Source: an uncultured Bacillota bacterium
Lineage (GTDB): Bacteria > Sysuimicrobiota > Sysuimicrobiia > Sysuimicrobiales > Segetimicrobiaceae
Assembly (NCBI GenBank): GCA_963804645.1
Contig: CAWDRG010000011.1
Coordinates: forward strand, 1 to 64,000
Direction: 5' to 3'
Length of the DNA: 64,000 nt
Shown: positions 26,834-36,901 of the stretch, in pieces
Layout of the letters: each line of letters opens with the position of its first letter
Numbering within the stretch: the first letter of the stretch is position 1
Made by a program: the position numbers and the translations under genes
Notes under the pieces: generated by a model
Database searches by the model: none
What the model saw: the letters and a program-made list of their open reading frames with translations, nothing else
What the model was told of the DNA's origin: nothing

Positions 26834-28498
26834 ATGTCGCAACCGTCACGCGGCGCATCCCCACCAGTGGCCCTCGCACCCCTCGCGGACGAGTATCTGC
26901 CGGCGCTGTACGAGACATACCCTCCGCACGCGGCGTCCCTCGGCCTCCACGAGTACGACGGCCGGGTCCAGACCTACACGGACGCCGCGCGTGCCGACCG
27001 CCTCTCGGCGCTGTCCGCCTTCGCGGCGCGGCTCGCCGCCATCGACGCCCGCACCCTCGATGCCGACGACGGCCACGACTCCACTCTACTACGTCTGGCG
27101 GTCGAAGAGGAAATTTTCGACCTGACGTCGCTCTGCGAAACCGAGTACAACCCGATGGCGTTCTCGGGGTCGCTCGATGTCAGCGGCTACGTGAAGCGCA
27201 GTTATGCGCCGCTCGTCGACCGCGTGGCGCGGCTCACCGAGCACCTGCGTCAGTTTCCCGGAGTGCTCAGCGCCGCCCGGACGCAGCTCCGGCGCCCGGT
27301 GCCGGCGCCGATCCTGGACGCGTCCCTCGAGACGTACGACGGGCTCGTCCAGTTCCACGAGCAGGACCTCCCGGCCGCGGTGCGTGCGGTCGGCGCGGGA
27401 TCGCCCTGGACCGCGTTTGAGCGCGCCAACGAGGACGCGCTCGCGGCGCTGCGCGCCTTCGTCGCGTATCTGCGCGACGACCTCCGACCGCGGGCCATCG
27501 AGGCGTTCGCGATCGGCGAGGTCAGGCTCGAGACGATGCTCAGGCTCGGCGAGATGGTCGACATGCCGCTCGACCGCCTGCGCGAGATCGGCCGGGAGGA
27601 TGCGGCGCGCAATCGTGCCGACCTCGAGGCTGCGGCCGCGCGCCTGGACCCGGGGGCCCCGGTCGGGGACGTCATCCGCCGGCTGGCGCGAGACCATCCC
27701 GCGGCGGCCCAGCTCGTGCCGGAGGCCGCGCGGGTACTCGAGGAGATCCGCGACTTCGTCGTCACCCGCGGCGTCGTCTCCATCCCGTCCGACATCCGGT
27801 GCCGGGTGGAGCCCACCCCGCCGTATGCGCGGTGGGCGTTCGCGATGATGGACACGGCCGGTCCGTTCGAAACCGCCCCCGAGTCGTTCTACTACGTCAC
27901 GCCGCCCGACCCCGCGTGGACGCCGGAGGCCACTGAGGAGTGGCTCATGAAATTCGACTACGCCACCCTGCGCGACGTCGGGATCCATGAAGTGTATCCG
28001 GGACACTACGTGCACTTTCTGGTCGTGCGCGACGTCCCTCGCCGTCTCCGCCAAGTGCTGACGAGCTACTCGTTTGTCGAAGGATGGGCGCACTACTGCG
28101 AGGAGATGATGCTCGAGGCGGGCTATCGGGACGGAGACGACCGGCTGCGCGTGGCGCAACTGTCAGAGGCCCTGCTGCGCAACGTGCGGTTCGAGGTCGC
28201 GATCGGGATGCACGCCCGCGGCATGACGCTGACCGAAGCAACCCGCAGGTTCGTCGTGGATGCGTTTCTCGAGCCGCTGCCGGCGGAGAAGGAGGCCGTG
28301 CGCGGGACGTTCGACCCCGGCTATCTCAACTACACGCTCGGGAAGCTGATGCTGCGCAAGCTCCGCGACGACCTGCGTGCCGCGCGGGGCCCCGCGTTCA
28401 CCCTCCGGGGGTTCCACGACGGCCTGCTGTCCCTCGGCGCGCCGCCGATCCCGCTGGCGAGACACGCGCTCCTGGGACGCACCGGCAACGCCCTCTAG
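26834..28498 (+). CDS. DUF885 family protein
   Basis: PHAASLGLHEYD, IHEVYPGHYVH, FVEGWAHYCE, YLNYTLGKL, FHDGLL. Confidence 0.88.
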   Translation: MSQPSRGASPPVALAPLADEYLPALYETYPPHAASLGLHEYDGRVQTYTDAARADRLSALSAFAARLAAIDARTLDADDGHDSTLLRLAVEEEIFDLTSLCETEYNPMAFSGSLDVSGYVKRSYAPLVDRVARLTEHLRQFPGVLSAARTQLRRPVPAPILDASLETYDGLVQFHEQDLPAAVRAVGAGSPWTAFERANEDALAALRAFVAYLRDDLRPRAIEAFAIGEVRLETMLRLGEMVDMPLDRLREIGREDAARNRADLEAAAARLDPGAPVGDVIRRLARDHPAAAQLVPEAARVLEEIRDFVVTRGVVSIPSDIRCRVEPTPPYARWAFAMMDTAGPFETAPESFYYVTPPDPAWTPEATEEWLMKFDYATLRDVGIHEVYPGHYVHFLVVRDVPRRLRQVLTSYSFVEGWAHYCEEMMLEAGYRDGDDRLRVAQLSEALLRNVRFEVAIGMHARGMTLTEATRRFVVDAFLEPLPAEKEAVRGTFDPGYLNYTLGKLMLRKLRDDLRAARGPAFTLRGFHDGLLSLGAPPIPLARHALLGRTGNAL

Positions 28499-28521
28499 CC
28501 GTCCGGGAGTATTCCCTCAGA

Positions 28522-29184
28522 CTAGCGCGGCTCGTCCGGCGGGAGCGCGGGAGCCGTCGTGCCCTGCCCCCCGGCTGCGCGCTGTGCGTTCAGCGCCTCC
28601 GCCTTCGCGGCGGCAATCCGCTCCTCGCGGCTCATCTCCGCGCCGGCCGGCGCCGGAGCTGCCGCGTCGGCCGCTGCCGCGGGACTCGCCGCGGCGACCG
28701 GCACCGGCGCGGGGACCGGCTCCTCGCCGAGAAATTCGCGGCGCAGGTATCGCTCGACGCTCTGCCGGATCCGTTCCAGCTGCTCGGTCTTCCCCGCCCG
28801 GGCCTCATCGACCCACACGCGGTCGAGGCGGTACGTGACCAGCCGCTTGCCCTGCGTGAGGTACACTACGTAGTGCCCGAAGGTATCCTGCAGCACGAGC
28901 GTGCGGGCGCCGAGTCCCAGCCGGTCGGCAATCGGCGCGACCTCGCCCAGGACCCACAACTGTGACTCGGTGAGGGGGCGGTTCGTGAGCGTCTCGGCCG
29001 GGGTGCGCCCGGCCAGCGGATCGGTGAACGCCAGCTTGCTTCGAGCCGAGGAGGCCCAACGCCGCTTGAATGAGTCGAGCAGTTCGTCCTTCACGTCCCC
29101 GAGCGCGACGAGAATGGAAAATCCCCAGATCGTCAGCACCGCAAACAGCAGCGACCAGTAGGTCAGAAACTTGCTGAGCGTCAT
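28522..29184 (-). CDS. Hypothetical protein with N-terminal TM helix
   Basis: 220-aa ORF coupled by ATGA overlap; N-terminus duplicated in the upstream small ORF. Confidence 0.7.
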   Translation of the reverse strand: MTLSKFLTYWSLLFAVLTIWGFSILVALGDVKDELLDSFKRRWASSARSKLAFTDPLAGRTPAETLTNRPLTESQLWVLGEVAPIADRLGLGARTLVLQDTFGHYVVYLTQGKRLVTYRLDRVWVDEARAGKTEQLERIRQSVERYLRREFLGEEPVPAPVPVAAASPAAAADAAAPAPAGAEMSREERIAAAKAEALNAQRAAGGQGTTAPALPPDEPR

Positions 29185-29321
29185 CGCCCCGCCAGAGGCT
29201 TCTTGACCCTCGCCCGCAGTTCGTCCTTCGCATCGACGAGGGCGACGAGGATGGAGAACCCCCAGATCGTCAGGACCGCGAACAGCAGCGACCAGTAGGT
29301 CAGAAACTTGCTGAGTGTCAT
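29181..29321 (-). CDS. 46-aa single-TM small protein
   Basis: [58 protein letters not shown] overlaps on both sides. Confidence 0.75.
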   Translation of the reverse strand: MTLSKFLTYWSLLFAVLTIWGFSILVALVDAKDELRARVKKPLAGR

Positions 29322-30022
29322 GGGCGCCCTCCTACACGCGGGTCGTCGGTGGAACGTCCCGCTCGCCGCGGGCCGGTGGTCGTATTGGCGTCCAGCGGGC
29401 GCGGCTCCTTCCCGCGGGTCGCCAGCGCCGCGCGCAGGTGCGGCTCCGCCGCGCGAAGCGCCCGCGCGCGGTGGCTGATCCGGTTTTTCTCGTCGAGCGA
29501 CAGCTCCGCCATCGTGCGCCCGTCGGCCGTCGCGACGAACACCGGGTCGTACCCGAAGCCGCCGCCGCCGTGCGGGGCCCGCGCCACGCGACCCTCGCAG
29601 GTCCCTTCCACGACGTGCACGGCGCCGTCGGGGAGTGCCACGGCGACCGCGGCCCGGTAGCGGGCGGTCCGCCCGGCCTCCGGCACCTCGCGGAGCAGCG
29701 CCAGGACGTGCGCGTTGCGGTCCGCGTCCGATGCGTCGTCGCCCAGGAACCGGCGCGAGCGGGGACCCGGCGCGCCGTCGAGCGCGTCGATCTCGATCCC
29801 GGAGTCGTCGGCCAGCGCCACGCAGCCCGTCGCCGCCGCCGCGGCGCGCGCCTTGCTCACGGCGTTCTCGGCGTAGGTCGCCCCGTGCTCGGGAAGCTCG
29901 CCGAGCTCCGGCCAGGCGTCGAGCGTCACAAACTCGGCGTCCAGGTGCCCGTAGATCGCGCTGATCTCGCGCGCCTTGCCGGGATTTCTGGTCGCCAGCA
30001 CGACCCAGGCGCGCGCCGTCAT
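29318..30022 (-). CDS. rdgB: XTP/dITP diphosphatase (Ham1 family)
   Basis: [28 protein letters not shown]; follows rph. Confidence 0.93.
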   Translation of the reverse strand: MTARAWVVLATRNPGKAREISAIYGHLDAEFVTLDAWPELGELPEHGATYAENAVSKARAAAAATGCVALADDSGIEIDALDGAPGPRSRRFLGDDASDADRNAHVLALLREVPEAGRTARYRAAVAVALPDGAVHVVEGTCEGRVARAPHGGGGFGYDPVFVATADGRTMAELSLDEKNRISHRARALRAAEPHLRAALATRGKEPRPLDANTTTGPRRAGRSTDDPRVGGRP

Positions 30023-30753
30023 GGAGCGGTCAGCGCGTCCCCGAGGGCCTCGCGCTGCTTGGCGATCAGGGTTACGATCCCGCGCTCGGCCAGCGCCATC
30101 AGCGCCGCGGCCTCCTGCTTCGTAAACGGCCCCCCCTCGCCGGTGCCCTGCAGCTCCACGAACTTGCCCGACTCGGTCATCACGACGTTCATGTCGACGC
30201 GGGCGCGGGAGTCTTCCTCGTACGTCAGGTCCAGCGTGGGGACGTTCTCGATGATCCCCACGCTGGTCGCGGCGAGGAACTCTCGAATCGGCAGCTTGGG
30301 GACGGCGCCGGTGCGCTTGAGCAGCAGCAGGGCGTCCACCAGCGCCACGAACGCGCCCGTGATCGCGGCGGTCCGGGTCCCGCCGTCCGCCTGCAGCACG
30401 TCGCAGTCGATCTGGATCGATCGCTCGCCGAGCTTCTCCAGATCGACCGCCGCGCGGAGCGACCGCCCGATCAAACGCTGGATCTCCTGGGTACGGCCGC
30501 CGACGCGGCCGGTCGCCGCCTCGCGCGAGTTGCGCTCGTGCGTCGCCCGCGGCAGCATCCCGTACTCGGCGGTCACCCATCCCTGGCCCCGGCCCCGCAG
30601 GAACGGCGGCACCCGCTCCTCCAGGCTCGCGGTGCAGACGACGCGGGTATCCCCGAGCTGCACGAGGACCGAACCCTCCGCGTACTTGTTGTACTTGCGG
30701 GTCAGCACCAGGGGCCGGAGTGCGTCCGGTCCGCGGCCGTCGCGACGCGCCAT
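30019..30753 (-). CDS. rph: Ribonuclease PH
   Basis: [43 protein letters not shown]. Confidence 0.97.
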   Translation of the reverse strand: MARRDGRGPDALRPLVLTRKYNKYAEGSVLVQLGDTRVVCTASLEERVPPFLRGRGQGWVTAEYGMLPRATHERNSREAATGRVGGRTQEIQRLIGRSLRAAVDLEKLGERSIQIDCDVLQADGGTRTAAITGAFVALVDALLLLKRTGAVPKLPIREFLAATSVGIIENVPTLDLTYEEDSRARVDMNVVMTESGKFVELQGTGEGGPFTKQEAAALMALAERGIVTLIAKQREALGDALTAP

Positions 30754-30822
30754 CGTGGACTCCTTCGAATCGCAGTGGGGTGGAGCGTCTGTTCGGGGCC
30801 GGAGGCCGGCGCTCCTCCGGCG

Positions 30823-32958
30823 CTAGTGGGACGTGGCTTGAGACTGCCCGACGAGGTAGTCCTCGACGCCGCGGGCGATCGCGTCGGCGATCCGCTGCTG
30901 CACCGCCGGGTCCCGCAGCATCGTCTCCTCCTTCGGATTGCTGATGAACAGGGTCTCAATCAGGGCGGACGGCATCGGGGCGTTCACGATGACGTAGAAG
31001 CGCTCGGTCTGCACCCCGCGGTCGGGCTCGCCGAGCGCCCGCGCGACTTCCGTCTGCACGGCCGCGGCCAGCGCCTGGCTCTGCGGCGTATAGTAGTACG
31101 TCGTCGTGCCCTGCGCGCCGCGGTTGACGCTCGCATTTGCGTGAATGCTCAGGAAGAGGATCCCGCCGTCGCGCTGGGCCAAGTCCGGACGATCTTCCAG
31201 CGCGACCGAGCTGTCGTCGGTCCGGGTCAGCGCGGTGTGCACCCCCTGGCGCTCCAGCAGGTCGCGCACCATCTTGCCGATCGCCAGCGTCACGTCCGCC
31301 TCGTGCAGCCCGGTTGGGCCGATCGCCCCCGGGTCTCCGCCGCCGTGCCCGGGATCGATCACCACCGTGGGCGCCCGCGGGGACGCGACCGCGCCCGGCC
31401 CCGGCCCCACCGCGGCCTGACTGCGGACCGCGGCCCCCCCGAACGTCACGGTGAGCGTGCGCCCGCGGTCGGTCGACACGGTGGCGTACGCGATCTTCTG
31501 GTTCAGGTGCACGAGAATCCGCGTCACGTTCGGGCGAAGGTCGAACTGGGAGACGACGACGTTCCGGATCGACGAGGTGCCGATCTCCACGTCTTTGCGC
31601 CGGTCGAGAAAGACGCCGCCGGAGATGTCGATCGCCAGGCGGTCCGGGTAGACCCACTGCGCGACCGAGTACGTGATGTGCTGCGAGGCGTGGATCACGA
31701 GCCGGCCCGCGCCCTCGTCGTACGTGACGTCGTTCACGTGGAACGCACCCGGCCGGTCGGCAAACGGCGGCAGCGGAGGAAGCGCGAGCGGCTCAGGGAC
31801 CCCCGCGGGAAGGGCGGCCACCGCGGGCGCGCCGGACCCGGACGCGACCGGCGTCGGGGTGGCCGCCGGCGCATGCGCGGCGCCGGCAGGCGCAGGCGGT
31901 CCTCCGGCAGTGACGGGCGGGCGTGAGTCATGCAGCGGCGCCTGACGGATCGGCGGCACGTACGCGACCGTGGGCGCCGGCGGACGCGAGTCGCGCAGCG
32001 GCGCCTGAGGGGCCGGCGACACGGACGCGGTGGTGAGCACCGGCGGACGCGAGTCATGCAGCGGCGCCTGAGGGGCCGGCGGCACGTACGCGACGGTGGG
32101 CGTCGGAGGACGCGAGTCACGCAGGGGCGGCGGTTGCACGGCGGCGGGCGGTACCGTCACCTGGGTCGTTGCCGGCGTTTGCGGCACCCGCGCCGGGCCG
32201 GTCGCCGCCGCGCCGGGGATGGCGGACCCCACGACCAGGGTCACCGTCACCGTCCCCGGACTCACCGCGATCCGCTCGGGCACCGGGTGCGCGAGATCGA
32301 AGACCACGCGCGTCACATACGGATGGAGCTGAAACTGGGCCGCCCGCATGCCGACCACCGGGCCGGACCCGATCGCCCGGTCCGGGTCGGTGAGGCGAAT
32401 CACCGCGCTCGTGAGGTCGACGACGATGCGCTCCGGATCGTGGAACACGCGGTCCACCGCGCGCACGGGCCCGCTCGCGGCCACCGACACCACGACGGTC
32501 CCGGCGTCTGTGTGCCAGGCAACATCGGTGATCTGCGTCGTCGCCTCGAGCGTGCCCGCGGCCGGGTCCTCTTTGACGAACGCACCGAGGCGCCGCAGCA
32601 CGGACGCCACGGGTCCAACCAGCGTCCCGCCGCGCACGCTCGGGGGGACAGGCAGCGTCCACGACGCGGCGCCTGCGGTGGCGGTCGTCTGCCCCGCGAT
32701 CAGGCGGACCGTGGTCCCGCCGGCACCGGTGACGATCATCGTGGCGGCTGCGGGATCCCACGCGGCCGTGGCGCCAAACGCCTGCACGACCGGCGCGATC
32801 GCCGCGATCAGGACACCCTGCTCGAACTGCGCGGCCGCGGGGACGGGCACTTGGACGTCGTTCACGACGATGCGAACCGGCTGCGGCTGTGCGGAGCCCG
32901 TCCCCAATCCTGCGGCAAGGGACAGAACGAGCGCGAGCGCGGCCGACAACAGCTTCAT
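30823..32958 (-). CDS. N-acetylmuramoyl-L-alanine amidase (Cu-amine-oxidase-N-like + 2 AMIN + Amidase_3)
   Basis: Signal peptide; PERIVVDL / PDRLAIDI AMIN motifs; VVIDPGHGGGDPGA, SIHANA, SALIETLFISN. Confidence 0.9.
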   Translation of the reverse strand: MKLLSAALALVLSLAAGLGTGSAQPQPVRIVVNDVQVPVPAAAQFEQGVLIAAIAPVVQAFGATAAWDPAAATMIVTGAGGTTVRLIAGQTTATAGAASWTLPVPPSVRGGTLVGPVASVLRRLGAFVKEDPAAGTLEATTQITDVAWHTDAGTVVVSVAASGPVRAVDRVFHDPERIVVDLTSAVIRLTDPDRAIGSGPVVGMRAAQFQLHPYVTRVVFDLAHPVPERIAVSPGTVTVTLVVGSAIPGAAATGPARVPQTPATTQVTVPPAAVQPPPLRDSRPPTPTVAYVPPAPQAPLHDSRPPVLTTASVSPAPQAPLRDSRPPAPTVAYVPPIRQAPLHDSRPPVTAGGPPAPAGAAHAPAATPTPVASGSGAPAVAALPAGVPEPLALPPLPPFADRPGAFHVNDVTYDEGAGRLVIHASQHITYSVAQWVYPDRLAIDISGGVFLDRRKDVEIGTSSIRNVVVSQFDLRPNVTRILVHLNQKIAYATVSTDRGRTLTVTFGGAAVRSQAAVGPGPGAVASPRAPTVVIDPGHGGGDPGAIGPTGLHEADVTLAIGKMVRDLLERQGVHTALTRTDDSSVALEDRPDLAQRDGGILFLSIHANASVNRGAQGTTTYYYTPQSQALAAAVQTEVARALGEPDRGVQTERFYVIVNAPMPSALIETLFISNPKEETMLRDPAVQQRIADAIARGVEDYLVGQSQATSH
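31913..32127 (-). repeat. 63-bp coding tandem repeat (~3.5 copies) in amidase linker
   Basis: PLRDSRPPTPTVAYVPPAPQA / PLHDSRPPVLTTASVSPAPQA / PLRDSRPPAPTVAYVPPIRQA / PLHDSRPPV. Confidence 0.85.
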
Positions 32959-33077
32959 CCAGTCCTCCGACGAAAAATGCGACCTCGTGTGAACGCCGCG
33001 GGGGCCGTATTCGCGCCGCACGCGGAAAATCCTGCGTCGCCGGAGAGCGCGCCGGGGCACAGGACGTCGAACCGGCG

Positions 33078-34025
33078 TTACGAGACCTTGCGGGGGTCGA
33101 GCGCGTCCCGGAGTCCGTCGCCCACGTAGTTAATGGACAGCACCGCGAGGCAGATCATCAGCCCGGGGAACAACGCCATGTGGGGCGCGAGGTCGAGGTA
33201 GTTCTGCGCGTCGTACAGGAGGCGTCCCCACGACGGGATATCCGGCGGAAAGCCGAGTCCGAGAAACGACAGCGTCGCCTCCGCGATCATCGCGGTGCCG
33301 ACCGAGAGCGTCGCCGACACGATCACCGGGCTCAGCGTGTTTGGCAGGATGTGGCGGAAGATCTGCGAGACCGGGCCGACCCCGAGGCTGCGCGCCGCCT
33401 CCATGAACTCCCGCTCCTTCACCGCCAAGAATCCGGCCCGCACCAGCCGCGCGGTGGGCATCCAGTTGAGGCCGCCGAGCACGACGACGATCAGCCAAAA
33501 GATGCCGAGCTGCGGCCCGAACATCTTCGCCAGCCCGTCCCGGTACAAGTAGAGGACGAGCAGCAACAGCGGAAGGCTTGGCAGCGAGATGAACACGTCC
33601 GTGAGCCGCATCAGGACGTGATCCGTCGTCCGGCCGAAAAACCCCGCGATGGCGCCCACGAGCGTGCCCAGCGTCATCGAGACCAGCATCGCGGCGAAGC
33701 CCACCGCGATCGAGATGCGCCCGCCGTACAGGCAGCGGGCCAGCATGTCCTGGCCGAGGTCGTTCGTGCCAAACGGGTGCGCCCACGACGGGGTCAGCCG
33801 CGCGTTATGGAAGTCGATCGCGCCGATCGGCACATGGTAGATGATCGGGCCGATGATGGTCGCGGCGGTGAGAAACAGGAACATCGCGCCGCCGGCCATC
33901 GCGAGCCGGTGCTTCCGAAACCGCCGCCACGCGTCGCCCCACAGGGTGCGCGGCGGACGGCGGGACGCGCGCACCGCCGCCGGCAGCGCGGGCTGGCCGA
34001 CCGCGTCCGGGCGCACGCTAACCAT
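33078..34025 (-). CDS. Oligopeptide ABC permease (OppC-like)
   Basis: HPFGTNDLGQD, EFMEAARSLG, DGLRDALDP. Confidence 0.92.
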   Translation of the reverse strand: MVSVRPDAVGQPALPAAVRASRRPPRTLWGDAWRRFRKHRLAMAGGAMFLFLTAATIIGPIIYHVPIGAIDFHNARLTPSWAHPFGTNDLGQDMLARCLYGGRISIAVGFAAMLVSMTLGTLVGAIAGFFGRTTDHVLMRLTDVFISLPSLPLLLLVLYLYRDGLAKMFGPQLGIFWLIVVVLGGLNWMPTARLVRAGFLAVKEREFMEAARSLGVGPVSQIFRHILPNTLSPVIVSATLSVGTAMIAEATLSFLGLGFPPDIPSWGRLLYDAQNYLDLAPHMALFPGLMICLAVLSINYVGDGLRDALDPRKVS

Positions 34026-34963
34026 AGCGAATCCTCGGGTCGAGCAGCCCGTACAGCACGTCGGCGATGATGTTGAACACCACGACGAGGATCGCGTAGA
34101 CGAACGTGATGCACATTACGACCGGCGTGTCGCTGTTCTGGATCGCGGTGATCAACAGCGACCCGATCCCGGGAACGCGGAAGATCTGCTCCGTGATCAC
34201 CGCGCCCGTGAACACCGCGGGCAGCCCGAGCGCCAGCAGGGTCACCACGGGGATCAGCCCGTTCCGGAGCACGTGGCGCACGATCACCTTCCCGGAGCGC
34301 AGGCCCTTCGCGAGCGCGGTGCGCACGTAGTCCTGCTGCACGTTATCCAGCATCGACGACCGGACAAAGCGCATCAGCGTGGCGGACGTGAACAGGGCGA
34401 GCACCACCACGGGCATCACCGACTGCTTGAGGATCTGCACCGGATCGGTCACGGTCGTGTTGTAGATGAACGGCAGCCAGTGCAGCTTCACGCTGAACAC
34501 GATGATGAACAGGATCCCGGTGAAGAACGTTGGGAGCGAGAACCCGATGAACGCCAGCGTAGTGGCGACCTGATCGAAGATGGAGTACTGCTTCACGGCG
34601 GACAGGACGCCGATCGGGATCGCGAACAGCACCGCGATCACGTACGACGAGCCGACGACCGCCAGGTCCGTCGGCAGCCGCTGGCCGATCAGCTGGTCGG
34701 CCGGCACGTGACTCTGGAACGAATACCCCCAGTTACCCTCGACGAACGACGTCGCCCACTTGAACGTACCGCACGTAGACCGGATCGTCCAGGCCCAACT
34801 GGTGGCGGATGTTCATCCGCACTTCGGGCGGGATATCGGGGTTCGCGGCGAACCCCGCGAGCGGATCCCCGGGCGCGAGCGCGAGAATCGCGAACACCAC
34901 CATGCTGATCAGCACCAGCGTGGGGATCGCATGGAGCAGCCGCCGCCCGATGAAGTGCGTCAT
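34018..34963 (-). pseudogene. Oligopeptide ABC permease (OppB-like), +1 frameshift near 34765
   Basis: ORF 34733-34963 (LAPGDP..LGLDDP) joins 34018-34707 through KWATSFVEGNWGYSF if one base is removed. Confidence 0.85.
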
Positions 34964-34997
34964 CCCGACGCCACGCGCCCTCTCGTCGTGTCCGCCG

Positions 34998-36800
34998 CTA
35001 GCCCTTGCGCGTCCAGTCCGCGATGTTCCACGTCTCGTCGTCGAAGGCGGTCATGTTGCCCCCGGTGTCGAGCGTGTTCGCCCGCGCGGAGACGCTCTTC
35101 CGGTCGATCAGCGGGACGCTCGCGATCTGGTCGATCACGCGGTCGTTCATCTTGACCCACAGGTCGTGGCCCTTGGTCGGGTCGAGCTCGGACTGGACCT
35201 GATCGTACAGGTCGTTGTAGGTCTTATCCACCCAGCGGGTGCACGCGATCCCCGACCAGTCGTTGGACTTCTGCGGAATGTCCTGGGCCGTGTCGCCGGT
35301 GTAGAACCGCGCCATATAGCCGATCGGGAACGGCGAGCCGAACGTCGTGGTGAACATCTCGACGTCGGTATAGAAGTGCGCCCACGTGTCGTTGTTGCCG
35401 GGCCCGCTGCTGAAGAAGACGCCGGCGTCGACCGACTTGAGGGTCGTCGCGACGCCGACCTTGTCCCAGCCGGCCTTGACGATCTCCTGCTCCTTCTGCC
35501 GCAGGCTGTTGATGCTCGTCTGGAACACCACCGCGAGGCGCACCCCGCCCTTCTGCCGGACGCCGTCCGGGCCGCGCTGCCACCCCGCCTCGTCCAGGAT
35601 CTTGTTCGCCTGGTCGGGGTCGTAGACGATCTTCGTGTTCTTCGAGGCCAGCGTCGTGGGCGTCGTCAGCGTGTTCGCGGTGGCGACCCCCTCCTGCCCG
35701 TACAGCTGATCGGCCATCGTCTGCCGGTCGATCGCGAGCGCCAGCGCCTGCCGGACCTTCGCATCGGTGAGGAACGGATGCGGGGCCTTTACCGACGACC
35801 GCTCCCCGTCCACGGTCTTGTTTGGGTCGGTAAAGTTGAAGTAGATCTGCTCGACGCCGCCCCCAGCGCCGATCAGCAGCTGGCCCTTCCCGCCCTTGGC
35901 GATGTTCTGCAGCACCGGCCACTCGACCTGAAGGTTCCACGCGTAGTCGTACTCGCCGGTCTCAAACACGGCGCGCGCGGCGGAGGTCGCGTCCCCCCCG
36001 CCCTTCATCTGGACCTGATCGAACGCCGGCTTGTTGGGATCACGGTAGTACGGGTTGATCTTGTAGACCACGAGGTCGCCGGGCCGGAAGCTGTCCACGG
36101 TATACGGCCCCGTGCCGAACGAGAGCAGATTGAACGGCGCGCTGCGGGCGTTGCTGCCGATGTACGGGTCGAGCGCGTGCCGGGGCAGGATCATCCCGTT
36201 CTCGCCGACGAACGGCTGGTACCAGCCCGGGGTCGGCGCCTTGAACGTGATCTTCACGGTCAGCGGATCGAGCGGTTCCACCTTCGCGACGCTCACGTAG
36301 CTGCCGTACGTCGTGGCGCCGGTCAGCTTGTTCGCCACGAACTGATAGGTGAACACGACGTCGTCGGACGTAAACGCGCGCCCGTCCGCCCACTTGATGT
36401 TCGGCTTGAGCTTGTAGACCACGGATTTGCCGTCCGCTGCCACCTGGCCGTTGGCCCGGGACGGCACGTTCGCCGCGAGCACGGGGGTGAAGTTCCCGGC
36501 GGAATCCGCCGACATCAGCGCTTCGTTGACGATGTGCGCCGCGTGGTAGTCCTTGGTGCCCTGCGCGAGGTGCGGGTTCAGGATCGTGGGCGCCTGCCAA
36601 TAGAGCAGCTTGAGGGTGCCGCTCCCGCCGCGCTTGCCCGGCGCCGCGGCCCGCGCGACGCCCGGGGCGGCCGCGGACAGCACCGATCCAATGCCGGCCG
36701 CCGAGAGCCCGAGCACGGCCAACTTGCCGATCGCCTCACGACGGGTGATCCCGCCGGTCCGGAGGTCACGCACGATCCTGCGAAACGCGTCCCGCTTCAT
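34998..36800 (-). CDS. Peptide ABC substrate-binding protein (paralogue 2, Tat-like)
   Basis: ITRREAI; LLYWQAPTILNPH, KWADG..FTSDDVVFT, GTGPY. Confidence 0.92.
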   Translation of the reverse strand: MKRDAFRRIVRDLRTGGITRREAIGKLAVLGLSAAGIGSVLSAAAPGVARAAAPGKRGGSGTLKLLYWQAPTILNPHLAQGTKDYHAAHIVNEALMSADSAGNFTPVLAANVPSRANGQVAADGKSVVYKLKPNIKWADGRAFTSDDVVFTYQFVANKLTGATTYGSYVSVAKVEPLDPLTVKITFKAPTPGWYQPFVGENGMILPRHALDPYIGSNARSAPFNLLSFGTGPYTVDSFRPGDLVVYKINPYYRDPNKPAFDQVQMKGGGDATSAARAVFETGEYDYAWNLQVEWPVLQNIAKGGKGQLLIGAGGGVEQIYFNFTDPNKTVDGERSSVKAPHPFLTDAKVRQALALAIDRQTMADQLYGQEGVATANTLTTPTTLASKNTKIVYDPDQANKILDEAGWQRGPDGVRQKGGVRLAVVFQTSINSLRQKEQEIVKAGWDKVGVATTLKSVDAGVFFSSGPGNNDTWAHFYTDVEMFTTTFGSPFPIGYMARFYTGDTAQDIPQKSNDWSGIACTRWVDKTYNDLYDQVQSELDPTKGHDLWVKMNDRVIDQIASVPLIDRKSVSARANTLDTGGNMTAFDDETWNIADWTRKG

Positions 36801-36843
36801 CGGTGTCCCCCTTCATAATCAGCCTACGGCATCTGCCTCCCTG

Positions 36844-36900
36844 CGCTCACACGCGAACCGCGGCGGCATCGTGCGGCACGCCGCGGTCCGCGTGTGAGCG
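36844..36900 (-). terminator. 22-bp stem hairpin after first SBP gene (terminator / mRNA stabiliser)
   Basis: CGCTCACACGCGAACCGCGGCG...CGCCGCGGTCCGCGTGTGAGCG; the single mismatch is a G-U pair on the minus-strand RNA; no U-tract. Confidence 0.6.
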
Positions 36901-36901
36901 G

